Notes under the pieces: generated by a model | The model's database searches: none | Told to the model about the DNA's origin: nothing | What the model saw: only the letters and a program-made list of their open reading frames with translations | Shown: one piece after another, positions 16,400 to 24,071 of the stretch | How positions within the stretch are numbered: position 1 is the first letter of the stretch | How the letters are laid out: each line of letters starts with the position of its first letter | Assembly: GCA_963830915.1 (NCBI GenBank) | Contig: CAWHOE010000026.1 | Coordinates: 1-25,404 of the forward strand | Length of the DNA: 25,404 nucleotides | Direction: 5' to 3' | DNA from: a candidate division FCPU426 bacterium | GTDB lineage: Bacteria > Oederibacteriota > Muellerivitia > Muellerivitales > Muellerivitaceae | Made by a program: the position numbers and the translations under genes

Positions 16400-17656
16400 A
16401 TGGATCTGTTCTTTTCTTATATATATAAATTTCTCGCTGATTTCCTGGGCGTCCGTCGGCAACTGCCCGCCAACGCCAAGACCCTTATCTGGATGATCGG
16501 GCTATTCGATTTCACCTTCGCCCTTTCCTCGGTCTTCATCAACGTGTTCCTTTTCCGCCAACACAATGATTGGAACGTAGTCCTCCCGTTCAATATGATC
16601 CAATTCGTTTTTGTGCCGATCGGTTTTTGGGTGGGAGGGGCCCTTTCCCCCCGATTCGGCCATAGGGCTTCCTACCAACTGGGTTTCATCTGTTTCAGTT
16701 TGTTGTTCTTGTCCGTCCTCCTGTTGAGGGAATCGTCCCCGGCTTATGGAAATTGGCTGGGCGTGGTAAGCGGGTTGGCCATCGGGTTCTATTACCTGGG
16801 CCAGCATTCACTAACGATGGACATGACAGACTCCAAGGACCGGGATTACTTTTTCTCCCTCTACATCCTCTTAAGTTCCATCCTCAAGATACCTGCCCCC
16901 ATGTTGGCCGGGTGGGTCATCGCTTCCTTCAGCTCGGGCCAGTCCGTCAGCTCCTTGACCGGTTATTACCTCGTCTTCGGCTTTACCCTTCTCATCTATA
17001 TGAGCTTGATCCTGCAAAGCTTCCGCTTGAAGGTGCCGCATAAAACGAACGGGTTCGATGTGCGGAAAGTGTTTAAACATCCCTGGCGCGCTGACTGGAA
17101 AGGACTTTTGACGGCTTGGTTTTTTTCGGGGATCAGGGGCGGGGTTTTCTGGTTCGTGACCAGTCTTTTCGTTTATAAAGCCTGGAATAACGAATTGGCG
17201 GTGGGTAATTTCAACACCTTGTCCACTTTTTTAGCGGTGGTGACCGCCTATGTCCTGTCCCGATGGGAAGGATATCAACACCGAAAGAAGGGGATGGCCC
17301 TTTCCTCGGTCCTGATCATCCTTTCGACCATGCTCCTGGCTTTGAGTTTGGGTCCTATGTCCCTTTTGTTCTTCGCGATCCTTTACACGGTCGGGGTGAC
17401 CTGGTTCCAGGTGGGCTTCAGCGCCATTTCCTTTGATGTGATCGAAAAAGAAGACGATTCACGCAACCGAAAGCTGGAATATTTGACCCTCCGTGAGATA
17501 CCATTAGCCATTGGCCGTCTTCTTGGGCTTTCCGTTTTTTGGTATGGCCAAGCCAAGTTCGGGGATGTGGGGTTACGGGCGGCGCTGGTAGTGCTGGGTT
17601 TATCCCAGTGGGGAACCTTCGCCTTTTCTTTTCCTAAGGGTCAAAGAAAGACCTAA
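16400..17656 (+). CDS. MFS transporter (reminiscent of Bacillus YqgE-type proteins)
   Basis: About 12 hydrophobic helices in two halves; ALSSVFINVFLFRQ in TM1, KDRDYFF after TM4, and EYLTLREIPLAIGRLLG. Confidence 0.75.
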   Translation: MDLFFSYIYKFLADFLGVRRQLPANAKTLIWMIGLFDFTFALSSVFINVFLFRQHNDWNVVLPFNMIQFVFVPIGFWVGGALSPRFGHRASYQLGFICFSLLFLSVLLLRESSPAYGNWLGVVSGLAIGFYYLGQHSLTMDMTDSKDRDYFFSLYILLSSILKIPAPMLAGWVIASFSSGQSVSSLTGYYLVFGFTLLIYMSLILQSFRLKVPHKTNGFDVRKVFKHPWRADWKGLLTAWFFSGIRGGVFWFVTSLFVYKAWNNELAVGNFNTLSTFLAVVTAYVLSRWEGYQHRKKGMALSSVLIILSTMLLALSLGPMSLLFFAILYTVGVTWFQVGFSAISFDVIEKEDDSRNRKLEYLTLREIPLAIGRLLGLSVFWYGQAKFGDVGLRAALVVLGLSQWGTFAFSFPKGQRKT

Positions 17657-17738
17657 TGTCTTAAGTCGTCATTCTCGCTTTAAAAGGTCCCGCGGGTTTG
17701 GGATTTTTGCTCGAAACGGTAATTAGAACGGAGAAAAA

Positions 17739-18403
17739 ATGATCTACGCCATCGGCGATATCCACGGATGCTCGAAAGCGCTTCAGGAACTCATGTCCCA
17801 ACTGCCTTTGAAGGATGAGGATGAGGTGGTCTTTCTGGGGGATTATATCGACCGGGGGCCGGATAGCAAAGGCGTTGTGGATTTCCTGTTGAAGAACCGG
17901 AAGGCTAATTGGAGGTTCCTGAGAGGGAATCATGAACAGATGTTGTTGGAATGGCTGGGGACACCCAACCCCTTAACCTCGGCTAATTGGCTCCTGAATG
18001 GGGGCCACCAGACCCTGCAATCCTATGTGCCGGCCAAGAACCTGGATGAGGTTCGGGGTGATGGGGCCCATATGGTCCTTCAATCCCACATCCCTCCCTC
18101 GCACGCCGAATTCTTCAATTCACTCGATCTTACCTACGAAACGGCTGATTACTTCTTCTGTCATGCCGGTGTCAACCTGGATAAGCCTTTGAAACCCAGG
18201 ACTCGGACGACCTACTGTGGATCCGCCGCAAATTCCTAGAAGATCCCAGACCGACCCCCAAGACAGTCATCCATGGTCACACACCTGTGGAGAAACTGGA
18301 CCTGACCAAGGACCGCATCGATCTGGATACGGGTTGTGTTTATGGGGGGAGTCTCACGGCTATTTCTTTACCGGAAAAGAAAGTTTATCAATCCAAACAA
18401 TAA
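17739..18403 (+). CDS. Metallophosphoesterase (PPP/PphA-like Ser/Thr phosphatase), split by a -1 frameshift at ~18190-18197
   Basis: GDIHG, GDYIDRG, RGNHE and CHAG in the first frame. The -1 frame continues QDSDDLLWIRRKF...IHGHTP...IDLDTGCVYGGSLTA to TAA at 18401-18403. Confidence 0.88.
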
Positions 18404-18411
18404 AAAAGCTA

Positions 18412-19047
18412 ATGACTGATATAAAATCGGTAAGTCGACTTTTAACGGAAGCTGAAATTCGCGAAGTGTTAGATCGTGAATTTGGATTGTTTCGCGGAAA
18501 AAGACCATTGGTTTTAAAAATAAGTATTTTCTTTTCTGCTTTAGGGATCACCCTTTTTTTTCTAAACATCAATAACTACGCATTTTTTTCCGATACCGGT
18601 TGGGTTTTTTTGTCTCTTATTTCAATGTGCTTTTCGGTATTTTCGGTCCGAATTGCTCGATATCCTCATTTGGAAGAATTGAAGGATTCTTATAGGTGCA
18701 AGAATTTTTTCATATTCGAAGCACGGATCAAGAAATCCATCACTGAAGATGATGAAAATAGAATGCCCTTTTGGATAGGAATGAGTGAAAAAAATGATTT
18801 GATAATGTTGCACGGACAATCTGTTGGAAGATTTCGGAAGGAACTAATCAGATCTCGTATTCGTATATATCAAAATGAAGAATTAGTAATAGCAAGCGTC
18901 GAAAGCAAAGGAGAGAAAAACTTCTCTCTGAAATTGAGGGATAACAAACTTGCTGATATTTGCGAGAGACTGTCAATCAGAAATGGTTTTACAGAAGTTC
19001 TTTGTATGACCGGTAAACGCAAAGCCTTGTTTAAACAGTTTTTTTGA
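18412..19047 (+). CDS. Hypothetical membrane protein (2 TM), AT-rich
   Basis: ATG 18412 lies just after the true phosphatase stop. It has two hydrophobic segments, then a soluble domain; no family recognised. Confidence 0.6.
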   Translation: MTDIKSVSRLLTEAEIREVLDREFGLFRGKRPLVLKISIFFSALGITLFFLNINNYAFFSDTGWVFLSLISMCFSVFSVRIARYPHLEELKDSYRCKNFFIFEARIKKSITEDDENRMPFWIGMSEKNDLIMLHGQSVGRFRKELIRSRIRIYQNEELVIASVESKGEKNFSLKLRDNKLADICERLSIRNGFTEVLCMTGKRKALFKQFF

Positions 19048-19717
19048 TATTTTCTTTTCGCCTGTAGTTTTGCTCGAACTTTAAAGAGGTTTTTTTCAAA
19101 GCCATCTCGGCGTGAATCCCTTCTTCGAAGGAAAATTGGGATAATTTCAACAAGAGTTCCCCGACGGCTTTTTCTTTTGAGCTTTTCGTTCCTTTCAATT
19201 CGCGCTTAAAATCATCCAGGGCATTTTTAATATTTTTAACCATTAGCCTGTCTTTGGGGTGGCTGTGTTTAGATATCTTTTCGAACATGCGTTGCGCGCG
19301 ATGTAAGGCTGGAAGGGAACGTGGAAGACCATCGAGGGCTGATTTGCGTTCGGGCTTTTCCTGCAGTTTCAGTTCTTCCCATTTACGGTTGATGTCGTTA
19401 ATTTTACGGCTGGATTTGCCGAAAACATGGGGGTGGCGCCGGACCAGCTTGTCCCCGATGGTCTTGGCCACATCCTGGAGATCGAAATTCCCTTTTTCCC
19501 TGGCCAGTTGGGCGTGGAAAACCACCTGAAGCAGTAGATCCCCTAATTCCTCACGCAGGTGGTCCTTGTCGCCGCTGTCGATGGCATCTAAGGCCTCGTG
19601 AGCTTCTTCCAGAAGGTAGGGTTTCAGGCTCTTGTGGGTCTGTTTTTTGTCCCAAGGACATCCTTTTCGGGAGCGTAAACGGGCCATCAAATTTTCAAGG
19701 CGTTTCAAATAATCCAT
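19031..19717 (-). CDS. mazG: MazG family nucleoside triphosphate pyrophosphohydrolase
   Basis: LRSRKGCPWDKKQTHKSL, EEAHE, EELGDLLLQVVFHAQ, KLVRRHPHVF and WEELK; GGAGG RBS before ATG 19717. Confidence 0.92.
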   Translation of the reverse strand: MDYLKRLENLMARLRSRKGCPWDKKQTHKSLKPYLLEEAHEALDAIDSGDKDHLREELGDLLLQVVFHAQLAREKGNFDLQDVAKTIGDKLVRRHPHVFGKSSRKINDINRKWEELKLQEKPERKSALDGLPRSLPALHRAQRMFEKISKHSHPKDRLMVKNIKNALDDFKRELKGTKSSKEKAVGELLLKLSQFSFEEGIHAEMALKKTSLKFEQNYRRKENIKKTV

Positions 19718-19786
19718 GTTGCCTCCGAGGTGGTTGGACTTTAACATGAAGAAGAACGATTTCCAATCCAGAACAGGGCGGAATAA

Positions 19787-21547
19787 ATGACACAGAAAGA
19801 TTGGAAGACACTTTTACTCAAGGTGCCGGGCGCCAAACAGGCCATAGCTCATCTGGTCCAACAAGGGCATACGGAACAAGAAGCGGAAATGGGCGGACTG
19901 GCCGTCGCCGGCCTGGTGATCCTACTGCTGATCGTGTTGTTCAACTCGTTCATCTATGGGGCGATCCGGACCTTCTACCAGAACATTTGGAACTACGCCG
20001 AAAGCAATCCGGTCGAGGCTACGGGCGTAGGGATATTTTCCACGGTCATTTTCCTCGCCTTGTTCTTCCAATGGCTCCGACGAAGCGCCGATAAAAAACA
20101 AGCCAAAGCCCACGAGGAAAGAAGGGAAAGGCACAAGATCGACGAAAAAAGGGGATACCTTCGACGGGGAGCCATGGGGAATTTCGAGGAGATATTCCGC
20201 TTCTATTTGGCGGAGAAATATCCCGAGATCGAGGTCAAATCCGTCCATGTCATCGATACTATACCCCGGATCCGTTTCCAGACCCGCCGATTCAATACGG
20301 AGTTGGGCGGGAACGTGGACTCGAATTTCGAGCTCTTCCGGGAAGCGCTCCTGACCGATACCCTTCATGTCATCGAAACCACCTTTTTCCTCTCGGAAAA
20401 CATCCAGTATGTCATCGTGGACGCCATGATGAATTTCATCAACCGCAAGGCCAAGTATTACGACGGGGTGGTCCTGAGCGTGAAGGCGCAAAGGGAAGTT
20501 TTCCTGAAACTGGAGATAGGCAAGGTTCACCCCTTCAAGGTCCTTTCCTCGTTCGATTTCCGATACAACGACGGCATGGAGGTCCAACCCCTGCCTGAGG
20601 AAGAGAGCAAGCAGGCCGGACTTCTGGAAAAACTCAAGCAACAAGCTCCCCAATTGAATGTCCGCTATGAAAAGCCCCAAACCCGTGTGGACGATGGCTG
20701 GGAAAAGCCAAAAGAAGTTGAAGTCATCCCGGTCCCTATGGACACGGTCCGTGACCGTGAGCTGAGCGCCATGCCGTTGGCCCAATACCAGGACCTGGCG
20801 GTGGGTCTGTTGGGAAAATTGGGGTTCGACGTGCGCAAGGTCAAGAAGATCCCCGGCGGGACCCTGCAGATCCAGGCCGATTTTTCCCATCCCATCCTGG
20901 GGGGAAGTTTCCTGATATTGGCTCGTCAATATCCTGAAAACGCCCATGTTCACGCCGATCTGGTCCGGGAGCTGGATGAAGTCACCCGGGAGGAAGCCTG
21001 CAAGAGGGGCATGTACCTGGTGACCGGTCAATTCACCGAGGAGGCCAAGAATATCGCCAAGAAGCTCGCGGTGGATCTGGTCGACGGAAAGCGGCTTGCC
21101 GAACTCTTGGATAGCCCGGCGTATGACGCCCGATGGACCATTCGGATGGTGGATGAGAAGGGAGTGGAGGCCGACCTGAGCCGGTTATCCATCCTTGATT
21201 TTCAAAAAGAGGTGGATCTGTTCCTTAAAAGCATGAGTTTCAACGTCACCAAGATCCGCCGGGTCCCGGGAGGATCGATCATCGCTAACATCGAGCATCC
21301 CCACCCCGTGACGGGCGGCAAATTTGCCGTGATGGCTAAGCAATTCCCGGCCGATACCAGGGTGGACGCGGAGCTGGTCAGCGAGTTCGCCCATGTGATG
21401 AACGCCGAATTCTGCCAGAGGGGTATCCTGATGGTCCCGGCCGAATATTCCATGGAGGCCCGGGCCCTCTCCCGCTTTTCGGGGGTTGAGTTGGTGGACC
21501 GTAACATCTGGGAAAATTTACGGCGCCACAGGGAATTAGGCGGTTGA
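19787..21547 (+). CDS. Membrane-anchored protein with two tandem Mrr_cat-like restriction-endonuclease-fold domains, catalytic motifs degenerate
   Basis: Two N-terminal TM helices. Two repeats follow the pattern L..M....F..L...LL..MGF.V...HP..GG.F...A.QY...V....V.E.......RG......FT.EA......V.LVDG. Confidence 0.75.
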   Translation: MTQKDWKTLLLKVPGAKQAIAHLVQQGHTEQEAEMGGLAVAGLVILLLIVLFNSFIYGAIRTFYQNIWNYAESNPVEATGVGIFSTVIFLALFFQWLRRSADKKQAKAHEERRERHKIDEKRGYLRRGAMGNFEEIFRFYLAEKYPEIEVKSVHVIDTIPRIRFQTRRFNTELGGNVDSNFELFREALLTDTLHVIETTFFLSENIQYVIVDAMMNFINRKAKYYDGVVLSVKAQREVFLKLEIGKVHPFKVLSSFDFRYNDGMEVQPLPEEESKQAGLLEKLKQQAPQLNVRYEKPQTRVDDGWEKPKEVEVIPVPMDTVRDRELSAMPLAQYQDLAVGLLGKLGFDVRKVKKIPGGTLQIQADFSHPILGGSFLILARQYPENAHVHADLVRELDEVTREEACKRGMYLVTGQFTEEAKNIAKKLAVDLVDGKRLAELLDSPAYDARWTIRMVDEKGVEADLSRLSILDFQKEVDLFLKSMSFNVTKIRRVPGGSIIANIEHPHPVTGGKFAVMAKQFPADTRVDAELVSEFAHVMNAEFCQRGILMVPAEYSMEARALSRFSGVELVDRNIWENLRRHRELGG

Positions 21548-21611
21548 TTCCCTTGACTTATAAATGAAGTGGAAGTATTCATTATATCCAAACCCAATTC
21601 AGGAGGCCGCC

Positions 21612-22031
21612 TTGTCACCCAAACGCCGTCAGGAAGATGAGTTCAAGGATGACGACGAACTCGAGGATGATGACGATGATATCGAAGAGGATGATGATGA
21701 GGACGAAGAAGATGACGATGACGACACCATCGATCTGGATAAAGCCGAAAAAGAAGAGAAGGATGACGACGACGATGACGACGAAGACGAGGAAGAGGGC
21801 CTGAAAAAGTCGGTCGAAGAGATCGAGCGCCAGCGTCTTTTCCAGCACGAGGCCGAGGATGTGCTCGAGAACTTGACGATGGATGACGTCAGGGAGATCC
21901 TCAAGGAAGCCGAACTGGAAGAAAGCCTCGCTCCCCGGTTGAAGAAGCTTTTAGTGGAGGTCATCAATGAGGGGGATGTGGTGACGATGGACGAGGCCTG
22001 GGAAGAGGCTTTGGAAAGACTGGAAGAATAG
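21612..22031 (+). CDS. Highly acidic hypothetical protein
   Basis: In-frame TTG at 21612, 5 nt after AGGAGG (21601-21606). A D/E tract of ~55 aa is followed by an amphipathic helical domain. Confidence 0.75.
   Translation: MSPKRRQEDEFKDDDELEDDDDDIEEDDDEDEEDDDDDTIDLDKAEKEEKDDDDDDDEDEEEGLKKSVEEIERQRLFQHEAEDVLENLTMDDVREILKEAELEESLAPRLKKLLVEVINEGDVVTMDEAWEEALERLEE
21634..21798 (+). repeat. Low-complexity GAN-codon (Asp/Glu) tract
   Basis: Runs of GAT/GAC/GAA/GAG codons with mixed synonymous usage. Confidence 0.85.
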
Positions 22032-22042
22032 ACCGTAAGACG

Positions 22043-22080
22043 AAAAAGCGCCGCCGGGACGACCCGACGGCGCTTTTTTT
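22043..22080 (+). terminator. Intrinsic terminator, possibly bidirectional
   Basis: AAAAAGCGCCGCCGGG-ACGA-CCCGACGGCGCTTTTTTT, with one mismatch in the stem. Confidence 0.85.
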
Positions 22081-22156
22081 ATTTATGGATGAAGGGAATC
22101 AGGGCTTGGTAAATCTGGTAAATGCTTAGGGCCTTTATGCTAAACTCTACCCCATT

Positions 22157-22684
22157 ATGTTGACCCATTACCTGCGACAGCTCAAAACGGTCCTGATCCA
22201 GCCATCGGAATTCTTCTTTAACGCGCTGGAAAGTTCGGATATGAACGACGCGTCCAAATTCGCCGCCTTGACCGCCATACTGGTGGCGCTGGAAGTCGGG
22301 CTGGATGAATTCCTGGGGGGCGGTTCGCTCGGCATGGTAGGCCTGGTCACGATCATCATGCTGGTGGGGCTGCCCTTCGCGACGCTGGTGGGTATTTATG
22401 TTTGGGCCGGTTTCACCAAGGTTTGCGGTTACTTGATGGATGTGAACTTGCCCATGGGACCCCTCCGGTTGGTGACGGCCTATTCCTCGGCCGGGATGCT
22501 GGCGCTGGGGCTTGGTTTTACCCTTGGTAAATGGCTGGCCCTGGTCATTGTTTTTTATCAAGTGGTTGGAATGGAACGGGCCCTGAAATGCTCGCGGATC
22601 ACCGCGGTCATCTATGTGATGCTTCCGTTGTCGTTGGTGGGGGTTTTGGTCGGGATTTTTACCCTGATGTTCAAGGTGTTCTAA
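22157..22684 (+). CDS. Yip1-domain-like membrane protein
   Basis: VLIQPSEFF near the N-terminus, about 5 TM helices, and LRLVTAYS. Confidence 0.7.
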   Translation: MLTHYLRQLKTVLIQPSEFFFNALESSDMNDASKFAALTAILVALEVGLDEFLGGGSLGMVGLVTIIMLVGLPFATLVGIYVWAGFTKVCGYLMDVNLPMGPLRLVTAYSSAGMLALGLGFTLGKWLALVIVFYQVVGMERALKCSRITAVIYVMLPLSLVGVLVGIFTLMFKVF

Positions 22685-22685
22685 C

Positions 22686-23033
22686 ATGAAAAACGAATCG
22701 ATAACTCGCCGAAATGACAGGATCCGCGCCGCCGGACAAGGGAAGGTATCCCTGCCGCAGGGAAGCGTGGACGCCAATGAGGGGAATGTCGTCACTGGAT
22801 TCAAGTGGGGCTGGTACGCCCTGTCTTTCGTGGTCCCTTTCGCCGGAATCCTCATCGCCATTTTCCTTTATGACCAGGACTCGAAAGCGGTCCGAAGGGT
22901 CGGCCGCAACTGCCTTTTCATCGGCTTTTTGATCTGGGTGGTTTTCCCCTTGTTGGTCATGCTTGCCCTATTCCTTTTCGGGGCCTTGAGCGTCCTGAGC
23001 ATCATCGCCGACAATTTACCTTCGGGTGACTAA
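22686..23033 (+). CDS. Small hypothetical membrane protein
   Basis: Starts one nt after the upstream stop; WYALSFVVPFAGILIAIFLY...GRNCLFIG hydrophobic hairpin. Confidence 0.7.
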   Translation: MKNESITRRNDRIRAAGQGKVSLPQGSVDANEGNVVTGFKWGWYALSFVVPFAGILIAIFLYDQDSKAVRRVGRNCLFIGFLIWVVFPLLVMLALFLFGALSVLSIIADNLPSGD

Positions 23034-23127
23034 TCTTTCTGAAACCAAAAGACCTATCCAAAGTATGGGATGAATGGGTGGACTTCTCCACTCTGCGCGA
23101 ATCCAGGCCAGCTAAAGAAAGTCTTCC

Positions 23128-23859
23128 ATGCCTAATATCCTAATCACCGGTGGCACCCGAGGCATCGGCTTGGCCTTGGCCGAGTCCTTCGCTCAAAAGG
23201 GATGGAAAGTCGCTGTTTGCTATCACCAGGATGAGGCAAGCGCCCAAACCGCCCGAGAAAAACTGGCCTCTTACCCGATTCCCGGCGAGGTTTTGCGTTG
23301 CGATGTTTCCCAGGGAGAACCCGTTGAGGAGATGATCCAAGGTTTGATGGACAGGTGGGGAATACTGGATGCCGTTATCCACAACGCCGGAGCCACCTGG
23401 AACGCCAGGATCCCGAATATCGATGAGGCGCAGTGGGAAGACACTCTGGGAGTCCACCTGAAGGGCGCTTTCTTGGTATCCCAAGCGGCCATTAAGACCA
23501 TGCTTAAACAGAAGGACGGACATTTGATCTTCATCTCGTCGGTGGTAGCCACTACCGGCAATATCGGCCAGGGAAGCTATACAGCGGCCAAGGCGGGGGT
23601 CATCGGACTGGCTCGGAGCGTCGCCAGGGAATACGGTTCCAAGAACATCAAGGTGAACGTGGTTTGTCCGGGGTTCCATAAGACCAAGCTGGCGGAAGGG
23701 CTTTCTCCTGAGGCGGAGCAAACGATCCTTGAAAAACACCTTTTAGGAAAAACCACCGACCTTAAGGAAGTTCGTGAGTTCGTTGTTTGGCTGGCCGGTA
23801 CCCAGACCATCTCGGGTCAGGTTTTCAATATCGACTCCCGCCTTCCTGGATGGCTTTGA
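23128..23859 (+). CDS. fabG: SDR oxidoreductase, 3-oxoacyl-ACP reductase-like
   Basis: TGGTRGIG, HNAG, ISSVV, GNIGQGSYTAAK (YxxxK) and VNVVCPGF. Confidence 0.8.
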   Translation: MPNILITGGTRGIGLALAESFAQKGWKVAVCYHQDEASAQTAREKLASYPIPGEVLRCDVSQGEPVEEMIQGLMDRWGILDAVIHNAGATWNARIPNIDEAQWEDTLGVHLKGAFLVSQAAIKTMLKQKDGHLIFISSVVATTGNIGQGSYTAAKAGVIGLARSVAREYGSKNIKVNVVCPGFHKTKLAEGLSPEAEQTILEKHLLGKTTDLKEVREFVVWLAGTQTISGQVFNIDSRLPGWL

Positions 23860-23872
23860 AAAGATATGGTGA

Positions 23873-24039
23873 ACCACAGAGTCGCACAGAGTCACGCAGA
23901 GTAAATAAAAATCCAAACGAGAATGGTTTTAAAGAATCACATAACACCATATTTGATGTTTGTTGAACCGTCTTTCTGGCGAATGAGATTTAATCAAAAG
24001 CTGGTTTGAACTCTGTGTAACTCTGTGCGACTCTGTGGT
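23873..24039. repeat. Inverted-repeat element with 30-nt arms made of three 10-nt units around a 107-nt AT-rich spacer
   Basis: ACCACAGAGTCGCACAGAGTCACGCAGAGT (23873-23902) and ACTCTGTGTAACTCTGTGCGACTCTGTGGT (24010-24039) are 28/30 reverse-complementary. Confidence 0.92.
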
Positions 24040-24071
24040 GAAAAATTTCTGTCGTTTGGAAAAAACGGAAA

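Noticed and set aside
18217..18411. N-terminal 65 aa of ORF 18217..19047
   Set aside because: This DNA encodes the phosphatase C-terminus in another frame; ATG 18412 is the plausible start.
21629..21967. Poly-Ser ORF on the minus strand
   Set aside because: It is simply the reverse complement of the Asp/Glu codon tract.
23034..23143. Protein-like open stretch (LIFLKPKDLSKVWDEWVDF...) upstream of fabG
   Set aside because: It has no convincing start codon or RBS and is too short to support a gene or remnant call.
23873..24039. CRISPR array or IS element interpretation of the repeats
   Set aside because: The units are 10 nt with no unique spacers, the arms are inverted, and no cas or transposase gene is present.
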